A stretch of 64,000 bases of DNA, from positions 114,685 to 178,684 of the forward strand of contig JAXGQB010000009.1 in NCBI GenBank assembly GCA_040766655.1. The letters are read 5' to 3'. This stretch comes from Anaerolineae bacterium (GTDB taxonomy: Bacteria > Chloroflexota > Anaerolineae > CG2-30-64-16). Below are positions 18,113 through 27,305 of the stretch, piece after piece. A program made the position numbers and the translations under genes. Position 1 is the first letter of the stretch. Every line of letters begins with the position of its first letter. The notes beneath the pieces were generated by a model. It made no database searches, had not been told where the DNA came from, and saw nothing but the letters and a program-made list of their open reading frames with translations.

Positions 18113-19235
18113 GCTGCGAAACCCCCGGATCCTCCGGCCCCTCGGGCCGGCGAAGATACCTTCTCAACGAGAAGCCTTCCCGCCATGCGAAGAACATGCC
18201 TGCAACGGTCACCGGCACGATCTGAAGCAGGTGAATCACCATGATCGCACTGAGGGCTACGCCGGGTGCAATGCCCGCTGGTCCGCCCACCAGGCCCAGC
18301 GACGCCACACCGACGAACTCGAAGGACCCGACGTAGCCTGGCGCTGCCGGGATCGCGCTGCTCAGTCCGACCGCGCTGACTGCGAAAAAGGCTTCTGCGA
18401 TGCCCAGCGGCAGGTCGAATGCCCTGAAGATCCAGAAGTACTGCAGCGCGCTGCACGACCAGGCCAGCAACCCGATGAGAATGGCACGGACCAGGAGCTT
18501 AGGGCTGCGGAGGGCGCCCGCACCCGTGGTGAATTGGACCAACACAGCCCGGACCCTGTCCATCAGTGGCGCCTGACGGCCGTGCGCCGCCAGCCACGCA
18601 TCCACCCGGCCGCCGCCGACCAACAGGGCGATCAGCGCCACCAGCACGCCGACGAACAGCGCGGTGAGGCTCACCAGGCCGGCGACCAGCCAATCGGGGA
18701 GCACTAAGAAGCGGGAGGCCACCAGGAGGATCGCGACCGTAGTCAGGCCATCCAGCACGCGTTCGGTGGCGATGCTGCCCAGCGCCGCACTCCCGGTGAT
18801 ACCACGCCGGGCAAGCAGTGCAGCGCGTACGAGCTCCCCCATGCGGGCCGGCAGCAGCATGTTGCTCATGTAGCCGGTGGTCGTGACCGGGTAAAGCTCC
18901 CGCCACCTGACCGTCCGCACGGGGCTCAGCAACACGCGCCACCGCCACGTCCGCACGCCGAGGTCGACGAAGTACGTGACAACCGCCGGAACCAGGTACC
19001 AGAGGTTCGCCTGGCGCAGGGCTGCCACAACGTCGGCCACGTGGATCTGGCGCACGGTCAGCCACAGCAGGAATCCACTCACCAGCACGCCGACCAACAC
19101 CTGGACGACGCGTGGTCCCGCGGCTCGCCGTCCGACCGGCCGATCTACCGTAGCGGGATGTGGAATCATGCGGTGACGCCGTGCGGGCAAGAGTGAACGA
19201 TATCGGGGGACCCGGCGCAGATGTAACGCATTCAC
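18099..19235 (-). CDS. Flippase-like / lysyl-phosphatidylglycerol-synthase-TM-region-like (UPF0104) membrane protein
   Basis: 378 aa with about 8 TM helices. This architecture is commonly paired with DPM-like GT2 and GT39 genes. The N-terminal 20-40 aa of the ORF may be read-through, and an alternative start lies near 19169. Confidence 0.6.
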   Translation of the reverse strand: MNALHLRRVPRYRSLLPARRHRMIPHPATVDRPVGRRAAGPRVVQVLVGVLVSGFLLWLTVRQIHVADVVAALRQANLWYLVPAVVTYFVDLGVRTWRWRVLLSPVRTVRWRELYPVTTTGYMSNMLLPARMGELVRAALLARRGITGSAALGSIATERVLDGLTTVAILLVASRFLVLPDWLVAGLVSLTALFVGVLVALIALLVGGGRVDAWLAAHGRQAPLMDRVRAVLVQFTTGAGALRSPKLLVRAILIGLLAWSCSALQYFWIFRAFDLPLGIAEAFFAVSAVGLSSAIPAAPGYVGSFEFVGVASLGLVGGPAGIAPGVALSAIMVIHLLQIVPVTVAGMFFAWREGFSLRRYLRRPEGPEDPGVSQHGAA

Positions 19236-19366
19236 GGACTCGACAGGAATTGCGCGAGCACGTCACGAAGGCGGGCGCTCGTCACATAGATAGTTAGAAT
19301 AACATATGGCATCTACAACCAGCAAATTGAATCAGAATTGGCCTGGACGGGCGACAGGCGCCGTCT

Positions 19367-20893
19367 TTGGCCCAGTTGGTGTACAATGCGGACCGAATGG
19401 AGACGCGAGAGAGCCAAATGCCCGACAGCCACCTGTTGTTTCGCCGGCAGTTCCTCATGACACCTGAACCCTGCCCCGAGCTGGACCACTGGCAGCAGGC
19501 ACGCGTGGGCGGTCACATCGTTTACGCCCACCCCGACGTACAACTCACCAGTGCGACGGCGGCCGCGGGAGGCGTGACTGCCGTCGCCGTGGGCTTCATG
19601 CTCGATCCGGAGTTCCCCGCACGCTCGAATGCGGAAGTGCTGCAGGCGATCGCGGACATGGATGGCTCAGTCGAGCGCATCAGCCGCTACCTTGACGCTG
19701 TGTCCGGGCGCTTCGTCCTGATCGTCGCCACCCCCGACGACGTCGTGATCTTCCACGATCCTTGCGGCTTTCGCACGGTGTGCTACACGACTCACGGGGG
19801 CAGGGTCTTCGCCGGCTCCCAGCCGCTAATCTTCAAGCTGGTTATGCCGCTCGGGGAGGGTGAGCGCTTCGAGTCCTACACCCAATCGGACTACGTCATG
19901 ACGCACCGGGAGCACTGGATCCCCAGTGGGTGCACCCTGTTCGAGGGCGTGTCGCACCTGGTGCCCAATCACTACCTACGTCTCTCCACGCTCGAGCAGA
20001 CGCGCTATTGGCCGCGCCGCCCGCTCGTTCAGCAGCCGGCGGCCCAGGTCGCGACACAGGCCGCCGGCCTCCTGCAGAGGCTCATGCTGGCTGCCGACAC
20101 CCGGTTCCCCCTGGCACTGCCGCTGACAGCCGGCTGGGACTCGCGCACGATCCTGGGCGCGTCGCGGGCCATTGCCGGCGCACTGCACTACTTCACACTG
20201 CAGTACCGCGACCTGCATCCCGGCGCCAACGACATCCGGATCCCGGCCAGGCTCCTGCAGGCGCTCGGGCTCCGGCACCAGGTCATCGATTGTAACCGCC
20301 CCGTGCCGGAGTGGTTCCAGGCGCTCTACGAGCATCACGTGTCGCCCGTGCATATGGATGATTATGGACTGATGGCTTACGCCATGTTCGAGGAGTATCC
20401 TGCCCGAAGGGTATGCATCAAGGGCAACTGCTCGGAGATCGCGAGGTGTTTCTACTACAAGAACGGGACGCATCCGGCCATTACGTCCCCCCACCAGATC
20501 GTGGCGCGGGTCAAGGGCTGGCACAGCGTGCCGCTCGCTCAGGAACAGGTCACGGCGTGGTACGAGCAGGCCCATGGGGTGGCCGCCGAAGCGAACGTGG
20601 AGATCTTGGACCTCTTCTATTGGGAACACCGGATGGGCAGCTGGCAGGCGTTCGCGCAGGTCGAGTGGGATATCGTCCAGGACGCCTTCACGCCCTTCAA
20701 TCACCGCGGCCTGCTTGAGCTTCTGCTGAGCACCTCTGCCGAGCTAAGATGCGCCCCCAACTACCCACTGTACCGGATGATCATCGAATCGCTGTGGCCG
20801 GAGGTGCTGAGCCAGCCGGTCAACCCGCTTACGGCGAGGGAACGCCTGCAGATGTTACTGGGGAAGCGTCATCCGGCGTCATCGCGCGGGTAA
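19367..20893 (+). CDS. Asparagine-synthetase-B-like PP-loop ATP pyrophosphatase homolog lacking the N-terminal Cys nucleophile
   Basis: 508 aa. AsnB N-domain-like segment RFVLIVATPDDVVIFHDPCGFRTVCYTTHGGRVFAGSQPLIF (compare RDRFGIKPLYY...FASE). Degenerate PP-loop LTAGWDSRTILGAS (SGGxDS-like). There is no MCG start. It is the only plus-strand gene inside the glycan locus. Confidence 0.6.
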   Translation: MAQLVYNADRMETRESQMPDSHLLFRRQFLMTPEPCPELDHWQQARVGGHIVYAHPDVQLTSATAAAGGVTAVAVGFMLDPEFPARSNAEVLQAIADMDGSVERISRYLDAVSGRFVLIVATPDDVVIFHDPCGFRTVCYTTHGGRVFAGSQPLIFKLVMPLGEGERFESYTQSDYVMTHREHWIPSGCTLFEGVSHLVPNHYLRLSTLEQTRYWPRRPLVQQPAAQVATQAAGLLQRLMLAADTRFPLALPLTAGWDSRTILGASRAIAGALHYFTLQYRDLHPGANDIRIPARLLQALGLRHQVIDCNRPVPEWFQALYEHHVSPVHMDDYGLMAYAMFEEYPARRVCIKGNCSEIARCFYYKNGTHPAITSPHQIVARVKGWHSVPLAQEQVTAWYEQAHGVAAEANVEILDLFYWEHRMGSWQAFAQVEWDIVQDAFTPFNHRGLLELLLSTSAELRCAPNYPLYRMIIESLWPEVLSQPVNPLTARERLQMLLGKRHPASSRG

Positions 20894-21681
20894 GTGCGAA
20901 TGACTCGAGGCGCGTAGTGCCGGCTCAGGACATCCACCAGTTGAACCTGAAACTGGCGCGCAGGGCGGATGGCCGTCTTGTGGAGGAAGTACCGGAACAT
21001 GACGCGCACGGTGCTGAGACCGTAGATCACGCTGCGCCGGAAGTTGACAGACGAGGCCTCGGCGAAGTAGCGGGTCGGCACCGCAATCTCGCCGATCCGG
21101 AAGCCGAACGCCACCACCTGGGCGATGACTTCGGTGTCGAACACGAAGTCGTCGGAGTTCAGAAGGAAGGGGATCGTCTCGAGGACCTGGCGGCTGTACG
21201 CGCGAAAGCCGGTATGGCATTCCGACAGGCGCTGGCCTAGCACGAGATTCTCGATCGCGGTCAGCGAGCGGTTGGCCACGTACTTCCACTTGGGCATCCC
21301 GCCGGCCAGGGTGCCACCGCTGAGCAGCCGCGAGCCCATCATCATGTCCGCCTCGCCACGCCGGATGGGTGCAATCAAGTCGGGAATCAGCGTCGAATCA
21401 TACTGATAGTCGGGATGGAGCATCACGACGATATCCGCGCCATCCTGCAGCGCCTCGATGTAACACGTCTTCTGGTTGCCGCCATAGCCGCGATTCTGGA
21501 TGTGCACCACGACCTTGAGTCCCAACCGCTGCGCGATCTCCACAGTCGTGTCGTGGCTCACGTCGTCCACCAGGATCACCTTGTCCACGACATCGTGCGG
21601 AATGTCGTTGTACGTCTTCTCCAACGTGCGCGCAGCATTGTACGCCGGCATCACGACGATCACCTTCAGATCATCTGCCAT
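20869..21681 (-). CDS. GT2 polyprenol-phosphate glycosyltransferase (dolichyl-phosphate mannose synthase-like)
   Basis: Start MADDLKVIVVMPAYNAARTL...ILVDDVSHDTT (DxD). DPM1/Ppm1-like. The ORF-track frame extends to 21768. Confidence 0.85.
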   Translation of the reverse strand: MADDLKVIVVMPAYNAARTLEKTYNDIPHDVVDKVILVDDVSHDTTVEIAQRLGLKVVVHIQNRGYGGNQKTCYIEALQDGADIVVMLHPDYQYDSTLIPDLIAPIRRGEADMMMGSRLLSGGTLAGGMPKWKYVANRSLTAIENLVLGQRLSECHTGFRAYSRQVLETIPFLLNSDDFVFDTEVIAQVVAFGFRIGEIAVPTRYFAEASSVNFRRSVIYGLSTVRVMFRYFLHKTAIRPARQFQVQLVDVLSRHYAPRVIRTYPRDDAG

Positions 21682-21782
21682 GCAATCACCCAACTCCTGT
21701 CCGAGATGCACCCGATCGACCGTGGCGCACGCCGGGACTCGTACAGATTCGCCGATAGGCAGCACCACTCAAGGCGCACAAT

Positions 21783-23219
21783 TCACCGCTCCGCCACATA
21801 GTAACGCAGGATCACCCACACGAGGGCCAGCACAAGCCCACAGGGGGGCAGCACGCGTGCGGTCCACGCCAACGCCCTCTCGGGCGGCTGCCATCTGGCC
21901 CGCAGGCTCCGCGGCCACAGGTTCCGTAACAGCAGGAAAGCCAACGGCGCGACAGGGATGAAGTATCGCCCTTGGGCGCGGTTGATGCTCCCGGCCGCCA
22001 TCCTCGTCCACAGGACGAACTGGCTCGTGATGACCATAACCACCGATGCAGTCAGCACCCCAAAAACTATAACCCATTGCCAACGGGTCAGCTTCAACCA
22101 CGGGCCATCGAACACCGCCAAAGCCGCGAGCGCGAGCACCTCGATCGCCACCCATGCAAGCGGCAGCGGCGTGTCCAGCCATCCCAGTATACCCACAAAG
22201 CTGTGGACATAGAAGAACCCATAGTAGTACAGATTGCCGGCCAGCTTGCGGACGAACAGGAGCGGGTGATCCAGGATAAACTGGAATGCCGCATCAAATG
22301 AAGGATACCCGCCCCGATAGAACGGCACAAAGACCTCGGACGAGATCCGAGTCCAGAGCGCAAAGCTGGCGAGTCCGGCTGCGATGACCAGGAGGGCTGC
22401 GACCAGATAGGCGCGCCGGCTTCTGGCTTTGCCGGCCGGCACGAGAAAGATGAGAAAAGCCAGGGGAAAGTAGGCGCTCTTGCTGGCCGCAACCAGTGCA
22501 GCGAGCAGCGCCAGCAGCCCTACACGCGGAGGTGTCAGGCAACGTCGATCGTCGAAGGCGAGCGCGAGGACCAGGGCGGTGAAGAGCAGCGCCAGGCCGT
22601 TGGTCGCCGCATCGGGCGACAGGGACGCCATCTGGAAGACTGTCATCGGGAGCAGGCCGATAAGAAGGAAACCCTGCCTGAAGATGGGCGTGATGCGGAT
22701 TGCCATACCGATCAGCAGGATCGATACGAACAGGTTGGCCAGGCGCCCGATGTAGAGCAGCCACAGCGGGGAGAGCTCGAATTGCCGGCCAGCCCAGACC
22801 GCCAGGGCCTGGGGCAGGTAGGGGATGAAGCTGTAGATCGCCGTGTTGGGAAAGCTCACGAAAGCCGTGCGGGTTGGGTCCAACGGGACGGGAAGCGCGT
22901 TGCGGATGGCGACAGGATCGGCCTTGTTCTCCGGGTGGAACGGAATGTCGCCGGATAGGGCCTCGACCACATCGACCAGGCTGACGGGCAGGACGCCACC
23001 CGCACTGCCGTCCCGCCTTTCGGCGAAGAGCCGGCCCTGTGCAATTTGGTAAGTGCGATAGAAGTGAACTGGTTCGTCCGGCACCTGGAAGGGCGGCGTG
23101 ATGAACACGAACAGGATTCCGAACGCGAGACCCACTGCTGCGAACCATCGTAGCAGCGCGGCGCCAGCGCGCCCGGTCGCGGCCGTTCCGTCCTTGCCCA
23201 TCATATCGCTGCGTACCAT
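21783..23219 (-). CDS. DUF2142-like polytopic membrane protein (putative GT-C-type glycosyltransferase)
   Basis: About 12 TM helices. First-loop PDEP motif (FQVPDEPVHFYRTYQIAQG). Start MVRSD at 23217-23219, preceded by a GAGGGAAG RBS. The ORF-track frame extends to 23396. Confidence 0.5.
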   Translation of the reverse strand: MVRSDMMGKDGTAATGRAGAALLRWFAAVGLAFGILFVFITPPFQVPDEPVHFYRTYQIAQGRLFAERRDGSAGGVLPVSLVDVVEALSGDIPFHPENKADPVAIRNALPVPLDPTRTAFVSFPNTAIYSFIPYLPQALAVWAGRQFELSPLWLLYIGRLANLFVSILLIGMAIRITPIFRQGFLLIGLLPMTVFQMASLSPDAATNGLALLFTALVLALAFDDRRCLTPPRVGLLALLAALVAASKSAYFPLAFLIFLVPAGKARSRRAYLVAALLVIAAGLASFALWTRISSEVFVPFYRGGYPSFDAAFQFILDHPLLFVRKLAGNLYYYGFFYVHSFVGILGWLDTPLPLAWVAIEVLALAALAVFDGPWLKLTRWQWVIVFGVLTASVVMVITSQFVLWTRMAAGSINRAQGRYFIPVAPLAFLLLRNLWPRSLRARWQPPERALAWTARVLPPCGLVLALVWVILRYYVAER

Positions 23220-23289
23220 ATGGCTTCCCTCGCCGCATGTGTGCTCTGCGGACGTCGCGTTTGGAGCCATCCGCATGACCTCCGCCCAG

Positions 23290-25026
23290 TCAGTCCGCGG
23301 GTATGTAGAACAGCCAGATCGACCTGCCGACCTGCTCGATAGGCTCGTATTCTGCGAGCCAGGCGAACTGATCGTAGGGCACCCGGGCCGTGCCAAGCTT
23401 CAGGCTGTGGGCACTGACGGCAATCCAGCCCGTCTGTTTCTGATAGGGCTTCAACGGCCGGAATTCGGGAAAACCGAACTGCCGAAGATCGATGTCTACG
23501 CTCCCAAAGTAGTCGATGCTCAATTCCTGGATGCCGCGACGCTCGACTGCGAGAGCAAGCCGCTTGAGATCCTGCCCCCAATCCAGGTCACTATCTACGA
23601 CGACTTCTGCAGGCTGGCTCCCCGCCAGGGCGTTGAAATAGGCCAGGTAGTCCGGATGAGCAGCGAAAGAGGACACCAGTTGCCAGCAACACAGTCCCGT
23701 CGCGAGCCCCAATCCTGCCCACCGCGCCACTCTGCCCCAAGACACCAGCCTGGCCGCACCATAACCTGCCACGATCGCGAGGAAGGGATAGATGCTGAGA
23801 AGCTGGCGGAGTCCGTTGTCGACGCTTCCGACCATGCCGATCAGCAGGACGCCCATGGCGGCGATGGGCGGAACTGCTGATGGGAACCAAAGGCGAGTGC
23901 ACACAACCTCCCTGGCGAGAAAGAGGAGCCCGATGGCGAAGAGCAGGATGAAGGGCAAAGGCGTCTTCAACAGGAGAATGAACGGGTAGTAGTACCACCA
24001 ACCGCTCCGGCTGATGTCACCAAGCAGATACGCCAGATGCCCGCGCCTGTCCCTGCCATAGACGGACCGGAGACCCTCCACAAACTCCGGCGCGGGAACG
24101 GGCGTGTTTTCGACGATGGCATATGACACATCGTGAAGACGTCCCTCGGTACCCACGAAGCGGTCGATGAGCCCATGCGGCCTGTCGTCCGGTCCTCTCA
24201 GCGGCGCGGTGGAGAACCGGTATCCGGCCCAGATGGTCAGCCCGAACAGCAGCAGGACAAGGGCAGATCCGACAACCCGCTGCCTCGATGGGGACGCTCC
24301 TGCAGCTTCGCTGCCACGGCTTCGCCGGGCGTCAAGAAGCCATAGCGCCAGCGTACAGCCACCGGCTGCCATCAGGAAGCCTACAGCCGAGAACTTCGAT
24401 AGGACCGCCAGACCGGCGCTGACGCCCAGAAACGCGCTGCGAAGTGGCGTCATGCCGCGCAACCACAACACAAACGCAAACACCGCGGTCGCGACGGACG
24501 CGGCACACGCCATGTCCAGCGTGGCGACCCCCGCGTGGCCCAGGGTGGGTGGCAGGGTTGTGAACAGCAGGGTCGCCAGGAGGGCAGCGAGCCATCCGGC
24601 TGCGTACTTGGCCCAGAACGCTACGGCCAGAGACCCTTGAATGAAAAAGAAGAGGATGCCCAATCGAGCGGCCGCCAGGTTCTGCTCATAGGCGCCGCCG
24701 GTGTGGAGGAGGGCATTGCCTTCGATCCAGGGCGTGCCCATCCCCGCAAGGCCCCTCACCCCACGCAGATAGGGTCCGAGAGCCGCTACAACCCGCGCCA
24801 GGGGTGGATGCAGCGGTTCATAGGTGTATTGCCCTCTGGCGAGCCACTCCATGCCCGCCGCGATATGGAAAGGCTCATCCCAGGTCTGCCAGAAGACGCG
24901 ATAAGTCGAGATGACTCTCAGACACCCCAACACGATCATCAGGACAACCAGCAATGCCGGCCAAGCGTTGTGCCCCGGTGCACGAAGGGTTCTGGCCAGG
25001 GTAGATGTCCAGCGAGGGCGAACCAT
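23290..25026 (-). CDS. GT-C fold membrane glycosyltransferase (GT39/ArnT-like, DE-motif WDEPFHIAAG)
   Basis: 578 aa from MVRPRW (cat at 25024-25026). The upstream 193 aa of the track ORF are Arg/Gly-rich and overlap the next gene, so they were rejected. The protein is polytopic. Confidence 0.7.
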   Translation of the reverse strand: MVRPRWTSTLARTLRAPGHNAWPALLVVLMIVLGCLRVISTYRVFWQTWDEPFHIAAGMEWLARGQYTYEPLHPPLARVVAALGPYLRGVRGLAGMGTPWIEGNALLHTGGAYEQNLAAARLGILFFFIQGSLAVAFWAKYAAGWLAALLATLLFTTLPPTLGHAGVATLDMACAASVATAVFAFVLWLRGMTPLRSAFLGVSAGLAVLSKFSAVGFLMAAGGCTLALWLLDARRSRGSEAAGASPSRQRVVGSALVLLLFGLTIWAGYRFSTAPLRGPDDRPHGLIDRFVGTEGRLHDVSYAIVENTPVPAPEFVEGLRSVYGRDRRGHLAYLLGDISRSGWWYYYPFILLLKTPLPFILLFAIGLLFLAREVVCTRLWFPSAVPPIAAMGVLLIGMVGSVDNGLRQLLSIYPFLAIVAGYGAARLVSWGRVARWAGLGLATGLCCWQLVSSFAAHPDYLAYFNALAGSQPAEVVVDSDLDWGQDLKRLALAVERRGIQELSIDYFGSVDIDLRQFGFPEFRPLKPYQKQTGWIAVSAHSLKLGTARVPYDQFAWLAEYEPIEQVGRSIWLFYIPAD

Positions 25027-25037
25027 CAAAACGTCCC

Positions 25038-26042
25038 TCAGTACTGCAGCCCGAATACGAGCTTGACCCCTTTGCCATCCACGGCGGCCAGCCACCGAGC
25101 CCCATCGATCTGATGTGGATCCACGTGGTGCATGCCCCGGCGATTCCAGCGCGTGTCGCCGGGATCCAGGACCGACTCCTCGCTGACCAATCTCTCCGCG
25201 TACGTCGTAGTCGTCAGCTCGGTGATCTCGAAGGCCAGAACCCGGTTCCCGTATCCGGGTTCGTCGTCCTGGGCGTACCTGATGATCCTGCCATCCTGAA
25301 GGATGAACCTGCCGGCCGGCCGCGCGATGTTGGCGTCGCCCGCAACGATAGGACTCTGCGGATGCTCGACCCATGGCCCCAATAGCCCGTCTGCATAGAA
25401 GAGGCGCAACATGTCGTTGTCGTGCGTGGGCGTCGTGAAGAGCCACCAACGGTCTTCGAACCGCACCACCACCGAATCCAGGTAGGGGCTTCCCTCCATC
25501 AGGGTGCCCACGAACGTCCACCGCGTCGGGAACTCGGTCGCCCGGTAGAGCCGGACAGCGTTCGCCCCAGACGTCTCCGGGATCATGTAGTACGCGCCAT
25601 CCCACTCGAACACGAAGGGATAGGACAGATGGAACGACTCATCCAGCACGACCTGATCGTACCGCCATCTCAGCCCGTCGGCACTTGTGGCCAGGGCAAT
25701 GTCGCCCTGATCGGTCTGTTCGTTCATGACCTCGAAGAACATGTACCACGTATCCTGCTCCCGAACCAGGAAGGGATCGGCGACGAGCTGCGCCGGGATG
25801 TCGGATACGTCTGCAGCCGTGATGACCGGATTGCGGAGGCTGCGGGGCGCGGACAGGCTGTAGGGCTTATCTCCCGTGTAGATGCCGATCGCCCAGTCTG
25901 ACCGCGTCTCGCCGACGAAGGGGATGCCGCGGGCGATGCCGGCATACACGCCGAGCGCGAAGCCGAACGCCAGGCATCCCAGCAGCATGCCGGCCAGGAT
26001 CTTCCGGCTCACGACGCGCGTCCCACCTGCCCACTCAGCCAT
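25038..26042 (-). CDS. Membrane-anchored five-bladed beta-propeller glycoside-hydrolase-like protein (GH43/GH32-clan-like)
   Basis: N-terminal TM (ILAGMLLGCLAFGFALGVYAGIA). Motifs WYMFFEVMN, YPFVFEWDGAYYMIPE, DRWWLFTT, GRIIRYAQDD. Internal start MAEWAGG. Confidence 0.5.
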   Translation of the reverse strand: MAEWAGGTRVVSRKILAGMLLGCLAFGFALGVYAGIARGIPFVGETRSDWAIGIYTGDKPYSLSAPRSLRNPVITAADVSDIPAQLVADPFLVREQDTWYMFFEVMNEQTDQGDIALATSADGLRWRYDQVVLDESFHLSYPFVFEWDGAYYMIPETSGANAVRLYRATEFPTRWTFVGTLMEGSPYLDSVVVRFEDRWWLFTTPTHDNDMLRLFYADGLLGPWVEHPQSPIVAGDANIARPAGRFILQDGRIIRYAQDDEPGYGNRVLAFEITELTTTTYAERLVSEESVLDPGDTRWNRRGMHHVDPHQIDGARWLAAVDGKGVKLVFGLQY

Positions 26043-27249
26043 TCGCACACCGCTCAGAGGTCCGGCCGCGCTCGGCCATGATCGAGCAAACAGCCGCCTT
26101 GAAGTTCGCCGCAAACAACTCGCGGGTGTAACCCGCACGGGCCACCTCCCACGCCGTGTGAGCCATCGCCCTCAGCGTCTCCGCAGGCAGCGCGGCAACG
26201 CGTTCCACTGCCTCTCGTATCTCCCCCAGGGAGCTGGTCTTCAGGAGCACGCCGAAGTCGTCACGCACGTCAACGCCCGACTCGACGCTGATGATGGGAA
26301 TCAGCCCGGCATGCAGGCAAGTGATGACGCCGCCACTCTGCCCTTCGGAACATGACGGATAGACGAGTCCGGCGCACCGCCTGGCGATCTCCGTGAACTC
26401 AGGGCCATCGACATCGACCCAGCCGTGCGTGTGAATGTTCGGCGTCTCGTAGAGCTCCCGGCGGAAGGCGTCCTCGAAGCCCTTCTCCCGATCCACCGGC
26501 CCGCACACCGTCAGGTGATAGTCCGGCAGCGCCGCGAAGACTTCCAGCACCAGGTCCAGTCCCTTGTGGACCATCCCGCCGCTGCTCAGGAAAAGAAAGT
26601 CACGACGGCACGCGTCGAAGTCCTTGTCCTCCGGCCAGGGATAATGCGCCACCGGCGTCCCCCAGATGGGATAGAGCGGCTTGCCCGCGTAGCGATAGGT
26701 GCTGAGGGTGAACTCGTTGCCCTTGATGATGGCGTAGTCCGCGTGCTCGATAGCGAGATTCGGCATCTCGAACCGGCGCGGCTGCAGGGTGACCCCCCGC
26801 CTCTGCTGAAGCGCCAGAAGCCTCCGGCTCTCTGCCGCGTTCTGAAACAACATGTGAGCCGTGTCGCTGTGAAAGATCCTCACACAATCCGGGTTGAGCA
26901 GCGGCCCAATCCGTTCGAGGTTATGCCGCACATCCACGAAGAAGGCATAGTCCTTGCGGGGGACGAACTCCGTGTTCCGCCAGCTGATGACGTCCACCGC
27001 ATATCCCAGGTCCAGGAAGGTCCGTGCGATCTGCCACGACTCCCAATAGTGAGTGTGTCGGCTCGGCAGCGGCTCATCCGGCCCCAGGAGGAACGGATCG
27101 ATGATGTAGGAGAGGAGCACTGAGCCGGCGGGCGGTGCATCCGGTGCCAGGGATACGACGATCGTGTCGCCGGCCGGCGGGGCCGGCGCCCGGCCGCGCG
27201 ACAGCCGGCCCGCCGGCCAGGCGGTTCCTGGCTCTGCGCACCAGTGCAT
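26035..27249 (-). CDS. Glycosyltransferase family 4
   Basis: 404 aa. The C-domain carries GT4 motifs (LFLSSGGMVHKGLDLVLEVF...VYPSCSEGQSGGVITCLHAGLIPI). Confidence 0.8.
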   Translation of the reverse strand: MHWCAEPGTAWPAGRLSRGRAPAPPAGDTIVVSLAPDAPPAGSVLLSYIIDPFLLGPDEPLPSRHTHYWESWQIARTFLDLGYAVDVISWRNTEFVPRKDYAFFVDVRHNLERIGPLLNPDCVRIFHSDTAHMLFQNAAESRRLLALQQRRGVTLQPRRFEMPNLAIEHADYAIIKGNEFTLSTYRYAGKPLYPIWGTPVAHYPWPEDKDFDACRRDFLFLSSGGMVHKGLDLVLEVFAALPDYHLTVCGPVDREKGFEDAFRRELYETPNIHTHGWVDVDGPEFTEIARRCAGLVYPSCSEGQSGGVITCLHAGLIPIISVESGVDVRDDFGVLLKTSSLGEIREAVERVAALPAETLRAMAHTAWEVARAGYTRELFAANFKAAVCSIMAERGRTSERCANG

Positions 27250-27305
27250 CCAGACCCAGCGTGCGCAGGCGTCCCTTCACGCGCTCCAGCACCCTGCCAG
27301 CCATG

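Noticed and set aside
23290-25605. N-terminal extensions of track ORFs (23290-25605, 38359-39231, 43781-45520, 6917-8290)
   Set aside because: The extensions are Arg/Gly-rich, overlap upstream genes, and internal starts fit stop/start coupling or an RBS. Internal starts were used instead.
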